A stretch of 64,000 nt of DNA from Actinomycetota bacterium (GCA_035535495.1 DATLQA010000029.1:7447-71446); one strand, 5' to 3'; positions 27,485 through 38,907 are shown, numbered from the stretch's first letter. Notes: generated by a model not told the origin, from the letters alone. Numbers and translations are program-made.

Positions 27485-28270
27485 ATGCCCGACCCCGACA
27501 GGGTCGCCTACCGCGTCCAGGACCGGGTGGCGACCGTCACGCTGTCCCGCCCATCCAAGCTCAACGCCATGGACCGCCAGACCTTCGCCGAGCTTCAGCG
27601 CGCCGCGGGCCGGGCGGCCGAGGACCCGGAGGTGGGCGCGGTGGTGGTCACCGGCGCCGGCCGTGCCTTCTCGTCAGGGCTCGACCTGGCCGAGTTCGCC
27701 GGCATGGCGCAGGTGGACCGCGCCGAGGAGGTGGTCGGCGAGCTGCAACGCGCGATCAGCGCCTTTGACCTGCTCCCCAAGCCGGTGGTCGCGGCGGTGA
27801 ACGGCCTGGCGGTCGGTGGCGGCCTGCAGCTCGCCATCGCCTGCGACCTGCGGGTGGCCGCCGCCTCGGCGGTGTTCGCCAGCTGGGAGATGCGCTGGGC
27901 GATCGTGCCCGACCTGGGCGGCACCGAGCGCCTGCCCCGGCTGATCGGGCTCGGCAGGGCCAAGGAGCTGGTCTTCACCGGTCGCCAGCTCAACGCCCAC
28001 GAGGCCGAGCGCATCGGCCTGGTGAACCGCGTCGTCCCCGACGACGAGCTCGCCCAGGCCGCCACCGACCTGGCGGCCGGCCTGGCGAGCGGCCCGACGC
28101 TCGCCCTCGGCATGGCCAAGCAGCTGCTCAACGAGGCGTTCGACCGCCGTGTCAGCGAGGGCCTGACCGCGGCACGGCGCGCCCAGCGCCTCACCCTGGC
28201 CTCCGCCGATCACGCCGAGGCGCGCACCGCCTTCGTGGAGCGCCGCCCGCCCCGCTTCACCGGCCGGTAG
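27485..28270 (+). CDS. Enoyl-CoA hydratase/isomerase (crotonase family)
   Basis: Crotonase fold motifs (VVTGAGRAFSSGLDL, AAVNGLAVGGG) are present. The RBS is GAAGGAG. Confidence 0.9.
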   Translation: MPDPDRVAYRVQDRVATVTLSRPSKLNAMDRQTFAELQRAAGRAAEDPEVGAVVVTGAGRAFSSGLDLAEFAGMAQVDRAEEVVGELQRAISAFDLLPKPVVAAVNGLAVGGGLQLAIACDLRVAAASAVFASWEMRWAIVPDLGGTERLPRLIGLGRAKELVFTGRQLNAHEAERIGLVNRVVPDDELAQAATDLAAGLASGPTLALGMAKQLLNEAFDRRVSEGLTAARRAQRLTLASADHAEARTAFVERRPPRFTGR

Positions 28271-28518
28271 CCCGCCACGCCCTGCGGTCGCGCTCCCCGC
28301 GGGGGCGGTCGCCGCTCCACCCACACGTGGTGCCGCACCACGGTCCTCCGTCGCCCGCCAACCCCAGAAGCCGCCTCCATGCCAGTTCAGCAACCCGAGC
28401 CGACCGCCACGCCGGCAAATCGTGTTGCCCACGGGGCGGTCGGTTGTTGTTGGGCCCCCCAGGCCCCGAGTACACTCGCATTCGTCACCAACGGCCACGT
28501 CCCGGACGGAGCCTCGTC

Positions 28519-28941
28519 ATGCCCCTGTCCGAGCACGAGCAGCGCATCCTGGCCGAGATCGAGCGGCGCCTGCTCGAGGAAGACCCAAAGTTCGCCCACC
28601 ACGTGGGCTCGACCTTCCAGGCGCACCTTTCGCGGCGCCTGAAGCTCGCTGCCGTCGGTTTCGTGGTCGGGCTGATCGTGCTCGTGGCCGGGTTCGCGCA
28701 GAACGTGGCCCTCGGCGTGGCCGGGTTCGTGATCATGCTGGTGGCCATCTTCGAGTTCGTCCGCACCCTCCGCCGCCGCGCCACGGTGGAGCAGCGGCCG
28801 CAACCGCCGGGCAAGGCCACCACCGAGACACCGCCGTCACGGCCCTCCCCGCCCTCCGGAGGCATCGATTCGTGGTGGGGCAAGATGACCGAGCGCTGGC
28901 GCCAGCGCTGGGAGGAGCGGGGCGGGCCTCCGCCGCCGTAG
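28519..28941 (+). CDS. DUF3040-like small membrane protein
   Basis: The N-terminus reads MPLSEHEQRILAEIERRL. Two TM helices and a Pro-rich tail follow. Confidence 0.7.
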   Translation: MPLSEHEQRILAEIERRLLEEDPKFAHHVGSTFQAHLSRRLKLAAVGFVVGLIVLVAGFAQNVALGVAGFVIMLVAIFEFVRTLRRRATVEQRPQPPGKATTETPPSRPSPPSGGIDSWWGKMTERWRQRWEERGGPPPP

Positions 28942-29041
28942 CCAGCGCCACCCACCGACTTCCGGGACGCCCGAGCACCTGACGGGCGTCCCGTTCACGT
29001 GTGGGCGCGCCGCCGGCTCAAGCCGGGGTCAGGGTTGGGAT

Positions 29042-31411
29042 TCAGCGGTGCAGCGCCGGGACCTTCTCCTCCTGCGCCGCCTTGCCGTTGCGGCCGTTAC
29101 GGACGAGGCGGCGGCGGGCGGAGAGCACCACCGGGTGCGGCGCGAGCAGGCTGCGCGGGCTGAGCGCCGCGATCAGGCGGCGTCGCCAGCCGAGACGGGC
29201 GGCCAGGGCGGCGCGGACCGACCGGCCGAGCCGGCGAGCGCGGTGGGCCGACTCCTCGCTGGTGCCGTCGTGGGCGTACTCCGCCGCCACGTACAGGCGG
29301 GTCAGCTCGCCCATCGGCGCGGTGGCGGCCTGGTAGTCGGGCGCCAGCCGCGCGGCATAGGCATCAGGGGTCTCGGCCAGGCGACGGCCGATGCCCGCAT
29401 CCTCCGCCCAGGCGGTCACCTCCTGATACGCCTCGGCCACGGCGTCGCGCGGGCGCCTGCCCGCCCGCCGCCTGGCGACCTGGTTGCGGGCCGCCTTGAC
29501 CAGCGGCACCGCGAGCACCAGCAGGACCACGGCGAGGGGAACCACCACCAGCGGCCGCCGCCAGAGCGGCCGCTGGCCACCGCCCCCCCCGAGCGCCGGG
29601 TCCAGGGACTCGTCGGGGCGCTCGAGCTGACCGACCCTGGTCGTCTGGGTCGGTCCAGAGGTGACGGTCGCGCCGGCCCCGTTGCTGGGCTGCGGGCTGG
29701 TGACGATCGGCGTCGCCGGGTTCGCGGTGGAGTAGCCCGGCACGTCCACCTGGTCCGGCCGCGGGGTCGGCTCGAAGCGGACCCAGCCGATGTTGTTGAA
29801 CCAGATCTCGGGCCAGGCGTGGGCGTCGCGGGTGGTCACCTCGAAGACGTCGCCGATGCGCTGGCCCGGGGTGAAGCCGATCGCCACCCTGGCGGGCAGC
29901 CCGAGCGAGCGGGCCATCGCCGCCATTGCCGAGGCGAACTGCTCGCAGTAGCCGCGGCGGACGCTGAACAGGAAGCGGGTCAGCTGGTCCCGCCCGGTGG
30001 CCAGGTCGCCGACGGTGAGGTCGTAGGTGAACTGGCTGGAGCGGAGGTAGCGCTGCAGGTACAGGGCCTTCTGGTAGGCCGTCGGGGCGGACCGGGTGAC
30101 GTCCTGGGCCAGCCTGAAGACGCGGGAGTCGAGGCCGTCGATCTGCCGGTAGCCCTCGCCTGGCTCGTTGGTGTAGTCCTGGCTGCGAACCAGGTCCTCG
30201 GGCGAGGGCAGCGGCACGGCCGACTCGACCGTGTAGCTGAAGCCCCGGCGGAAGCGGGTCTTGGTGGCCAGTCCCCGGTTGGCCAGGTTCTGCCAGACCC
30301 GCTTGTCGGTCTCGACGGTGACCGGCGCGACCGCGGCGGGCAGGTAGGCACCGGAACCGCTCCCGGCGAGCTGGTCGATCACGTACCGCTGGGTGAGCTT
30401 GTTGGTGCGTGACCCGGCGGCGACGTCCAGGGTCGAGGGGCCGCGGACGAAGGGGACCAGATCGTCCAGGCGGCCAGAGGCGAACCAGTTGGTCCCGTCG
30501 AAGCGGTCGAGGGTGAGCAGGCGCCAGTAGTCCCCGGTGGTCGCCTCCACGGTGAACATGCGGGTCTCCTCGACGGCGCGCAGGCGCGTGCGCAGGGAGA
30601 CGAACGGGTTGATGCTCACCGGCGCGTCGGCCGCGACCCCGGTGCGGTAGTCAAGCAGCGGCGCCCGACCGTAACCGGGCAGGAGCCACGGCGCGCTCAG
30701 CGCGATCACGCCGGCGGCCACGGCCAGCCAGCGCCCGGTGCTGGCGGCTGGGGTGGCCGGCAGCCGCCAGCCCGACGCGGGCCGCGCCCGCGGGGTCGAC
30801 ACCCAGCGGCCCCAGGTGGCCAGCCGGGCGCGGCCCTCGGTGAGCAGCACGCCGGCCGCTCCCAGCAGGAACCACAGCGCGTACCAGGCGGGGCTGGAGT
30901 TGCGCACGATCGCCGGGAACACGAACAGCCCGAGCGCGGGCACCACCGCCAGCAGCGGCTGCCTGGCCCGGAAGGTGAGCCCGTCCGCCGAGGTCGCCAC
31001 CGCCCACGCCCCGGCACAGGTGATCAGCAGGAACTCGCGGGTGACGTTGACCGGGGCGGCCTGGTCGACCACCCCCCGCATGGCCACCTGCGCCGCCTCG
31101 ACCATCGCCTGCAGCGTGCCCGGGGTGGGGATCACCACCCAGAGGGTGTCGGGGAACAGCAGGATGCCGGCGACCACCACGAACCCGACGGCCATGCCGG
31201 CGAGCGACAGGAGCTGGCCGGCGCCGCCGCGGCGCAGCAGCGCGGCCAGGCCGACCGCGGACAGCATCGTCAGCCAGGTCGGCAGCCACCAGGCGTTGCC
31301 CTCGTAGAGGCGGCCGACCGAGAGCGAAGCGCCGGTCAGGAGGCCGACGAGGGCGACGGTCTGTGCGACGTCGGTGTTGCGCGCCCCAGTGGCGCGGTCA
31401 GTCGATGCCAT
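29042..31411 (-). CDS. Transglutaminase-domain membrane protein (DUF3488-TGase-DUF4129 type)
   Basis: Multiple N-terminal TM helices are predicted. The TGase core is GYCEQFASAMAAMARSLGLPARVAIGF...DAHAWPEIWF. The annotated start overlaps the DUF58 gene by 76 nt, so a later start is possible. Confidence 0.85.
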   Translation of the reverse strand: MASTDRATGARNTDVAQTVALVGLLTGASLSVGRLYEGNAWWLPTWLTMLSAVGLAALLRRGGAGQLLSLAGMAVGFVVVAGILLFPDTLWVVIPTPGTLQAMVEAAQVAMRGVVDQAAPVNVTREFLLITCAGAWAVATSADGLTFRARQPLLAVVPALGLFVFPAIVRNSSPAWYALWFLLGAAGVLLTEGRARLATWGRWVSTPRARPASGWRLPATPAASTGRWLAVAAGVIALSAPWLLPGYGRAPLLDYRTGVAADAPVSINPFVSLRTRLRAVEETRMFTVEATTGDYWRLLTLDRFDGTNWFASGRLDDLVPFVRGPSTLDVAAGSRTNKLTQRYVIDQLAGSGSGAYLPAAVAPVTVETDKRVWQNLANRGLATKTRFRRGFSYTVESAVPLPSPEDLVRSQDYTNEPGEGYRQIDGLDSRVFRLAQDVTRSAPTAYQKALYLQRYLRSSQFTYDLTVGDLATGRDQLTRFLFSVRRGYCEQFASAMAAMARSLGLPARVAIGFTPGQRIGDVFEVTTRDAHAWPEIWFNNIGWVRFEPTPRPDQVDVPGYSTANPATPIVTSPQPSNGAGATVTSGPTQTTRVGQLERPDESLDPALGGGGGQRPLWRRPLVVVPLAVVLLVLAVPLVKAARNQVARRRAGRRPRDAVAEAYQEVTAWAEDAGIGRRLAETPDAYAARLAPDYQAATAPMGELTRLYVAAEYAHDGTSEESAHRARRLGRSVRAALAARLGWRRRLIAALSPRSLLAPHPVVLSARRRLVRNGRNGKAAQEEKVPALHR

Positions 31412-32625
31412 GGCTGTTCCAGTCGGTCGCTGCGGTTCAGGGCGGCGGTGCGCCAGCCGGCGCGTTCGAGCATGGTGGCCGCCCCGGCGGCGCGGGCGTC
31501 GCCGGCGGCCAGGTCCCTGGCGGCCAGGCCGGTCCAGGTGTCGGCCCTGACCAGCATGGCGAGCGCTCCGCCGAAGCCGAGCCTCGCCCTGGCCAGGACG
31601 GCGGCCTCCTCCGGGTCGGGGATGGTGAGCACCGCGATCAGCATGCCCTCACCGGAGAGGCGGGCGAGCTGGTCGGCCATGGGCACCAGCGAGGCGCCAC
31701 GGCTCGGGCCGACGGTGGCCAGGAAGTCGAGGATGGCGTCGGCCTGATCCATCCCGGTCGGCGGCACCACCCGCTCGCCGCCGTCGGTCAGCAGGGCGAG
31801 CTCGTAGCCCGAGCGGGCCAGGCGGACGGCCATCGAGGCGGTGGCCGAGATGGCCCGCTCCAGCGAGGACTGGTCGCCGTGGCCCAGGTGGGCCTGCTTG
31901 CGGAGGTCGACGGCGAGCAGGGCGCGGGCGCGCCAGGGCTGCTCCTCCTGGCGGATCATCAGCTGGCCCCGCTTGGCCGAGGAGCGCCAGTGGACCTTGC
32001 GCAGGTCGTCGCCGTCGCGGTACTCGCGGGTGGTGTAGAACTCGTCGCCGCGGGTGAACAGCCGCCGCACCCTGGCCGCCGAGGCGCTGGCGAAGTCGCC
32101 GCCCATGCCAGGCGCCGAGAGCCCTTCGACGCGGGGGTGGATGATCACCTCGGAGGTGCCCGCCACCTCGGAGATGACCTGGGCCAGCCCGAAGGGGTCG
32201 AGCAGCCGCACCGACAGCGGGCCGATGGTGTAGCGGCCACGGGTCATGGCGGTCAGCTCGTAGTGCAGGGTCTCGTGGTCGCCGCCGGCGAGGCCGGGCA
32301 CCACGAAGCGGGCGGCCGGCCCGAACTGGTAGGGGAGCTGGTCCTCGAGCAGCAGCACGCCGGTCTCGAAGCGGGCCGGGTTGTGCAGCCGCACGGTGGC
32401 CGCGATCCGGCTGCCGACCGTCGCCCGCAGCGGCCGCACCGAGCGGGTGCAGGTCAGCCGGTAGCGGCCGAACCGCACCACCAGCCAGGCGCCGAGCGGG
32501 AGCACCAGCGCGGCCACGGCCAGCATGAACAGCTCAGGCACGCCGGTGAGCAGACCCACCAGCCAGAGCGCCACCGCGGCGGCGCCGAACCCGAACGCTC
32601 TCGGGGTGAAGGTGCGCCAGCCCAC
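31336..32625 (-). CDS. DUF58 (vWA-like) protein
   Basis: The GTG start is 6 nt after the MoxR stop. Two N-terminal TM helices are predicted. The DUF58 core contains ...REYRDGDDLRKVHWRSSAK. Confidence 0.85.
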   Translation of the reverse strand: MGWRTFTPRAFGFGAAAVALWLVGLLTGVPELFMLAVAALVLPLGAWLVVRFGRYRLTCTRSVRPLRATVGSRIAATVRLHNPARFETGVLLLEDQLPYQFGPAARFVVPGLAGGDHETLHYELTAMTRGRYTIGPLSVRLLDPFGLAQVISEVAGTSEVIIHPRVEGLSAPGMGGDFASASAARVRRLFTRGDEFYTTREYRDGDDLRKVHWRSSAKRGQLMIRQEEQPWRARALLAVDLRKQAHLGHGDQSSLERAISATASMAVRLARSGYELALLTDGGERVVPPTGMDQADAILDFLATVGPSRGASLVPMADQLARLSGEGMLIAVLTIPDPEEAAVLARARLGFGGALAMLVRADTWTGLAARDLAAGDARAAGAATMLERAGWRTAALNRSDRLEQPWHRLTAPLGRATPTSHRPSPSSAS

Positions 32626-32631
32626 GGCGGG

Positions 32632-33615
<984 letters not shown>

Positions 33616-33710
33616 CCGGGGGCTCCTTTCATGCCGGATCTACCCACCGATTGTAGAAGCGTGGCGCTGGCTGCGGGCGGTCGGGCGGGTGCGGGCCGGC
33701 TAAGGATTGG

Positions 33711-34397
33711 GTGAGTATGCTTCGGGTGGTCATGCCTTCCGCACCAGAGACCCGCGCCAAACTGCTGGCCGCCGCCCGGCAGGCCTTCGCCGACCTGGGC
33801 TACGGCAAGGCCCGGGTGGAGGACGTGGTGGCCCGCGCCGGGGTCGGCCACGGCACCTTCTACGCCTACTTCCCCAACAAGCGGGCCGCGCTGGCCGCCC
33901 TCATCCACGAGAACGCGGCCACCCTGGTCGGCCTGGCCGGCCAGCCGTGGGGCGCCCCCCGGCGCCCGCGGCGCACCGGCGGGGCGTCGGGCAAGTCCCC
34001 GCCCGTCCCCACCGCGAACCAGGTGCGGGACAGCCTGGTCGCGGTGCTCGGCGGGCTGGCCGATCTGTACGACGCCGACGCGGACCTGATCGTGCTCTGG
34101 ACCGAGGCGTCCATGCGCGACCCCGAGCTCGGCCGGGTGCTCGACGAGGTGCGGCGGCAGTTCGCCAAGCGCGTGGCCCGCAACATCGAGCGGGCGGCCG
34201 CCCAGGGGCTCACCCGCCCGGTCGACGCCCACACCGCGGCGACCGCCCTGGCCGCGATGGCCGAGCAGACCCTGTTCCTGCGCGCCGTCCGCAAGGAGCC
34301 ACTGGACCGGGACACCACCGTGCAGACCCTCGCCGACCTCTGGTACCACGCCCTGTACCGCGAGCAACCGGGCGATCCGGACGGTTCCACGCAGTAG
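33711..34397 (+). CDS. TetR family transcriptional regulator
   Basis: The HTH is LLAAARQAFADLGYGKARVEDVVARAGVGHGTFYAYF. It is divergent from the moxR operon. The GTG start follows AAGGA. Confidence 0.8.
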   Translation: MSMLRVVMPSAPETRAKLLAAARQAFADLGYGKARVEDVVARAGVGHGTFYAYFPNKRAALAALIHENAATLVGLAGQPWGAPRRPRRTGGASGKSPPVPTANQVRDSLVAVLGGLADLYDADADLIVLWTEASMRDPELGRVLDEVRRQFAKRVARNIERAAAQGLTRPVDAHTAATALAAMAEQTLFLRAVRKEPLDRDTTVQTLADLWYHALYREQPGDPDGSTQ

Positions 34398-34556
34398 GTC
34401 TGACCTCGTTCTCCGCACGCTCTGCCCGGTTCGTCCCGGCCCACCCGGTTGCCGGTCGCCTCCGGGCTGCGCGTCGCGGTACGGTTGCGCCAGTTCGAGC
34501 ACTGCTGCCGGGGTAACCGGCGGTGCAGGTGACATCGGACTACGAAGGGAGGGGGC

Positions 34557-36425
34557 GTGCCGGGCAAGGATGCCGGCGGCGCGCCTGGTCGCTCTCCGCT
34601 GGACCAGGCGGCGCGGCGCTGGGCGATGCCTGGCGTGGTGGACCCGCATCCTGGACGCTGGCTCGAGGGCCCACCCGACGTCGACGAGCTGCTGCGGCAG
34701 GTGGTCGAGGGGTCGGTGGGGCTGGCCGGTGCCGCCGACGGCCTGATCTGGCTGCCGGAGGAGGAGGGCAAGCGGCTGGTGGTCCGGTGCGGTACAGGCC
34801 GCTTCGCCGCCAGCCTCGGCCAGGCCGCGCGCTTCGGGGAGGGGCTCGCCGGCGGCATCTGGGAGCGGGCGGCCCCGCTCGCGGTCGACGACTACCAGGC
34901 CTGGCCGGACCGGGCCTCCGAAGGACTCGGGCACGGCGAGGTCCGGGCGGTGCTGGCGGCGCCGCTGGTCTCGGCCGGGGCCGTGGTCGGCGTGCTCGGC
35001 CTGGCGGCCGAGCCGGGACACCGTTTCGGCGAGGCCGAGGTGGAGCTGGTGCGGGTGCTCGGCGAGCTGGCCGGGGCCGCCGTCGACCACGCCCAGCGGG
35101 AGCATGCCGCCCACCGCCGCCTGCTCGAGCAGGCGACCACCGAGGCGTGGCTGCGGGCCAACGAGCTCCGCTACCGGACCCTGATCGAGCAGATCGACGC
35201 GGTCACCTACTCCGAGGCCTTCGCCGTCGGCGGCGCCCAGATGATGTACGTCAGCCCACAGGTCACCGAGAAGCTCGGCTACACCCCCGAGGAGGTCGGC
35301 CAGCCGGGCTTCTGGAAGGGGCTGGTCCACCCGGACGACCGCGAGCGGGTGCTCGCCGAGGACGAGCAGGTCGAGCTCACCGGCGTGCCGTGGCGCATGG
35401 AGTACCGCGTGGTCGGCCGCGACGGGCAGGTGCTGTGGATCCGCGACCACGCCGTGCTGGTCCGCGACGGCCGGGGGCGGCCCGCGTTCTGGCAGGGCCT
35501 GTGGATCGACGTCACCGACCAGAAGCTGGCCGAGCAGGCCATGCGCGAGGCGCTGGAGCTGGAGCGCGAGGCCACCAGCCGGCTGCGGGCGCTGGACGAG
35601 CTGAAGAACACCTTCCTCGACGCGGTCTCCCACGAGCTGCGGACGCCGCTCGCCTCGGTCATCGGGATCGCCCTGACGCTGCAGCGGGCGCGCACCAGCC
35701 TCGCCCCCGCCGACGCCGACGACCTGATCGACCGGCTCGTCTACAGCGCGGCAAAGCTCGACCAGCTCCTCTCCGACCTGCTCGACCTGGACCGCCTGAG
35801 CCGCGGCATCGTCGCCCCCAAGCTGCGCCGCACCGACGTGGCCGCGCTGGTCTCCCGGCTCGCCGCGGAGTGGGAGGCGCAGCACGGCCGCCGCCTCGGC
35901 ATGCAGCTGGACCCGGTGGTCGCCTGGGTCGACCCCGCCAAGGTGGAGCGCATCGTGGAGAACCTGCTCTCCAACGCCGCCAGGCACACCAGCCAGGCGA
36001 CGCCGGTCTGGGTCCGGGTGGCACGGCACGGCGGCGACGTGCTGGTCGCGGTCGACGACGCCGGCGGCGGCGTGCCGGGCGAGCTGCGCACCGCGCTGTT
36101 CGAACCGTTCCGCCAGGGCCCCAACGTGCCCGGCTACGCGCCCGGCGTCGGCATCGGGCTCTCCCTGGTGGCCCGCTTCGCCGAGCTGCACGGCGGCCGG
36201 GCCTGGGTGGAGGACCGGCCAGGCGGCGGCTCCTCCTTCCGGGTGCGGCTGCCCGATCCGCCGGCGCCCGCCGGCGAGCCGGAGGCCCCGCCCGAGCCGC
36301 CCGAGCGCCGCGGCCTTCGCGCCGGCATCACCGTCCTCGAGACCCCGGCGGGCCAGATGGAGCCGGAGGCAGCCGCGCCCGAGCCGACCGAGCCACCGGA
36401 CGAAGACGGCGGGAACACGAGGTAA
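34557..36425 (+). CDS. Cytoplasmic sensor histidine kinase (GAF-PAS-HisKA-HATPase)
   Basis: A GAF-like N-terminal region is followed by a PAS_3-like segment (WRMEYRVVGRDGQVLWIRDHAVLVRD). The H-box is VSHELRTPLASV. N, G1 and G2 boxes are present in the C-terminal ATPase domain. No response regulator lies adjacent. Confidence 0.85.
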   Translation: MPGKDAGGAPGRSPLDQAARRWAMPGVVDPHPGRWLEGPPDVDELLRQVVEGSVGLAGAADGLIWLPEEEGKRLVVRCGTGRFAASLGQAARFGEGLAGGIWERAAPLAVDDYQAWPDRASEGLGHGEVRAVLAAPLVSAGAVVGVLGLAAEPGHRFGEAEVELVRVLGELAGAAVDHAQREHAAHRRLLEQATTEAWLRANELRYRTLIEQIDAVTYSEAFAVGGAQMMYVSPQVTEKLGYTPEEVGQPGFWKGLVHPDDRERVLAEDEQVELTGVPWRMEYRVVGRDGQVLWIRDHAVLVRDGRGRPAFWQGLWIDVTDQKLAEQAMREALELEREATSRLRALDELKNTFLDAVSHELRTPLASVIGIALTLQRARTSLAPADADDLIDRLVYSAAKLDQLLSDLLDLDRLSRGIVAPKLRRTDVAALVSRLAAEWEAQHGRRLGMQLDPVVAWVDPAKVERIVENLLSNAARHTSQATPVWVRVARHGGDVLVAVDDAGGGVPGELRTALFEPFRQGPNVPGYAPGVGIGLSLVARFAELHGGRAWVEDRPGGGSSFRVRLPDPPAPAGEPEAPPEPPERRGLRAGITVLETPAGQMEPEAAAPEPTEPPDEDGGNTR

Positions 36426-36503
36426 ACCGCACGCTACCGTCGAGTACGGCTGGCTATACTCATGCCCAGCGCGATCCGTCGACGGTCACCACGGGAGCGG
36501 CCA

Positions 36504-37019
36504 ATGGAGCGAGCACTGGTCCTCAACGCCTCGTACCAGCCGATCTGTGTCGTGCCGGTGCGTCGGGCGGTGGTGCTCGTGCTGAAGGAGAAAGCCGACG
36601 TCCTGGTCCCCAGGGACGCGCTGGTGCGGGGTGCCACCATCGCCATCCAGGCGCCGAGCGTGATCCGCCTGCGCTACGTGGTGAAGGTGCCGTTCCGCGC
36701 CAGAGCCGGGCTGTCGCGCCGGGCCGTGTTCGTGCGCGACGACCACACCTGCCAGTACTGTGGCGGCAGGGCAGAGAACGTCGACCATGTCATCCCGCGC
36801 TCCCGCGGTGGCCTGCACGTCTGGGAGAACGTGGTAGCCGCCTGCCGGCGCTGCAACAGCCGCAAGGAGGACCGCCTTCCACACGAGGTCGGCTTCCGGT
36901 TGCGACGCGAGCCACGCGCGCCCAAGGAGACGCTCTGGATCGTGATCGCGGTCGGGCACATCGACCCGGGGTGGGTCCCATACCTCGGCGTCGAGCCGAG
37001 CACGGCGGTCCCGGCCTGA
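36504..37019 (+). CDS. HNH endonuclease (stand-alone)
   Basis: The HNH motif is CQYCGGRAENVDHVIPRSRGG...NVVAACRRCNSRK. Confidence 0.8.
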   Translation: MERALVLNASYQPICVVPVRRAVVLVLKEKADVLVPRDALVRGATIAIQAPSVIRLRYVVKVPFRARAGLSRRAVFVRDDHTCQYCGGRAENVDHVIPRSRGGLHVWENVVAACRRCNSRKEDRLPHEVGFRLRREPRAPKETLWIVIAVGHIDPGWVPYLGVEPSTAVPA

Positions 37020-37048
37020 GGGTTACGACGGGGTTCAACAGGTAGCAG

Positions 37049-37099
37049 CCCGGGGGGTTCGGGGGGCGGGTCGCCCCCGATGAGTCAGGGGGCGGTCCG
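37049..37099 (+). repeat. G-rich GC-hairpin leader element (copy 1): CCGGGGGGTTCGGGGGGCGGGTCGCCCCC then GAGTCAGGGGGCGGTCCG, immediately 5' of the start codon
   Basis: It shares GGGGGG-T[TC]-CGGGGGG and GAGTC-GGGGG-(C)GTCCG with the copies at 45.94 kb and 48.47 kb. Confidence 0.5.
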
Positions 37100-38686
37100 A
37101 TGGCGACCACCGCAGCCGAGATGGCCGGCCGCCTCGGTCAGCGTGTCCGCGTCGTCCTCGCCAGGTCGCGCCGCCCAGCGCTGCTGATCGCCCCGCTGGC
37201 CGCCGGCGCCCTCGGTGCCGTCCTCGCGGTCACGCTGGTCGCCAGGCAGGACGCTGAGATCGGGCCGGCCACGGTGCGCCTGTCCGTGCGCCCGGCCCTC
37301 TCCGGTTCGAGCCGGTTGGCGGTACCACCGTTCGGCTCGGTGTCGGCCCACACCCACGTCGGGCCGCTGCAGTTCCGGGCCACCCTGGACGACGTCGACG
37401 TTGCCCGGCTGAACCAGGCGCTGGCAGAGGACGAGGTGCCAGGCGGCCTGCGCCGCAGCAGCCTGCACACCGCCCTGGCGCCGCTGGAGCAGGACGCGCG
37501 CCAGGCCGCCAGGGAGTTCCTGCTCCGCCTGACCGCGGTCGGGCTCGGCGGCGGCCTGGCCGGGGTGCTGCTGTTCGGGCGGCGCAGCGCCCGCAGGCTG
37601 GCCGGCTGCGCCGCCGGCGGCGCGCTGGCCATGGCGGTGCTGCTGGTCCCGTCGGTGGCCACCTACGACGTGTTCGCCTTCAGGGCGCCGCGGTACGAGG
37701 GTTCCCTGCAATACGCGCCCGCGCTGGTCGGCGACGTCCGCACCGGCTTCGACCGCTTGCAGACGCTCCGCGACGAGATGGCGCGGATCACCGCCAACCT
37801 GAACCGTGCCTACGCGGCCCTCAGCCGGCCGGTGCCGGTGCTCGACGGGAGCACCGTGCGGGTGCTGCACATCGCCGACGTGCATCTCAACCCGGCCGGC
37901 TTCGATCTCGCCGAGCAGCTCGCCGACAAATTCGACGTCGCTGCCGTGGTCGACTCCGGCGACATGGGCACCTGGGGCCTGGCGCAGGAGCGGGGCGTCG
38001 CCCGCCGGGTGCGCGACTTCCGCGTCCCGTACCTGTTCGTCAAGGGCAACCACGACAACCCGGCGATGGTGGCGGCGGTACGGGCCAACCCCAACGCCCG
38101 GGTGCTCGACGACGCCGCCGTCACGGTGAGCGGCATCCGCTTCCACGGCGTGCCCGACCCGGTGTTCTCACCGGGCCAGGGCTTTCGCAACCCCGAGTTC
38201 GAGCGGCTCAAGGAGCGGCGCAGTGTCCAACTGGCCGCCACCCTGGACGGGCAGTCGGTCCGTGCCGACGTGCTGGTGGTCCACGACCCGCTGCTGGCCC
38301 GCTACGCCATCGGGCACGTCGCCACCGTGCTCGAAGGCCACCTGCACAGCTTCGGCTCGCAGGTGGTGAGCGGCACCCGCGAGCTCCGCACCGGCACGGT
38401 GGGCGGGGCGGGCCCGGACGGCCTGCGGGCCAAGCAGCCGGTGCCGTACACCGCCGAGGTGCTCTACTTCGACCCGGACACGCGCCGTCCGGTGGCGGTC
38501 GACCGGATCACCGTCGGCGCGCTGGAATCCTCCTTCTCGGTCGACCGCGAGCTGCTCGACGAAGGCGCCAACGGGTTCGTCCTCGACCCGGTCGAGGTCC
38601 CCGCCGACCTGCTGCCGCCGCCGCAGCCCGACGAGGTCCAGGGCCAGCCGCCCGGGGTCACCGCCCGCCGCCCGCTCGGCGCCTGA
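37100..38686 (+). CDS. Membrane-anchored metallophosphoesterase
   Basis: N-terminal TM helices are predicted. The calcineurin-like motifs are VLHIADVHL, DSGDMG and VKGNHD. Confidence 0.8.
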   Translation: MATTAAEMAGRLGQRVRVVLARSRRPALLIAPLAAGALGAVLAVTLVARQDAEIGPATVRLSVRPALSGSSRLAVPPFGSVSAHTHVGPLQFRATLDDVDVARLNQALAEDEVPGGLRRSSLHTALAPLEQDARQAAREFLLRLTAVGLGGGLAGVLLFGRRSARRLAGCAAGGALAMAVLLVPSVATYDVFAFRAPRYEGSLQYAPALVGDVRTGFDRLQTLRDEMARITANLNRAYAALSRPVPVLDGSTVRVLHIADVHLNPAGFDLAEQLADKFDVAAVVDSGDMGTWGLAQERGVARRVRDFRVPYLFVKGNHDNPAMVAAVRANPNARVLDDAAVTVSGIRFHGVPDPVFSPGQGFRNPEFERLKERRSVQLAATLDGQSVRADVLVVHDPLLARYAIGHVATVLEGHLHSFGSQVVSGTRELRTGTVGGAGPDGLRAKQPVPYTAEVLYFDPDTRRPVAVDRITVGALESSFSVDRELLDEGANGFVLDPVEVPADLLPPPQPDEVQGQPPGVTARRPLGA

Positions 38687-38907
38687 GCGGCCGCCCGCTC
38701 CGGGGGCTCTCCACTTCCCTCCACTTCCGCTCCACCGGTGCGCCGGCGGCCTTCCGGCACGGCTTGACCAGGGCGTCCTCTGGCCGGCTACCCGGCGACA
38801 CCCGGCAATTCGGGCCGTGCTCCCCGGTCGCCGTCGCGCCAAGGGCGTTACACGATTTCCCCTGCTCAATGAGGGTTTTTCGAGGCTGTTTCCGGCCAGC
38901 AAACTCG

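Noticed and set aside
28446-28480. Sigma70-like promoter TTGTTG-18-TACACT upstream of the DUF3040 gene
   Set aside because: It is plausible, but the hexamers are weak and the spacer is 18 nt. There are not enough cues in a high-GC genome, where housekeeping promoters are poorly defined.
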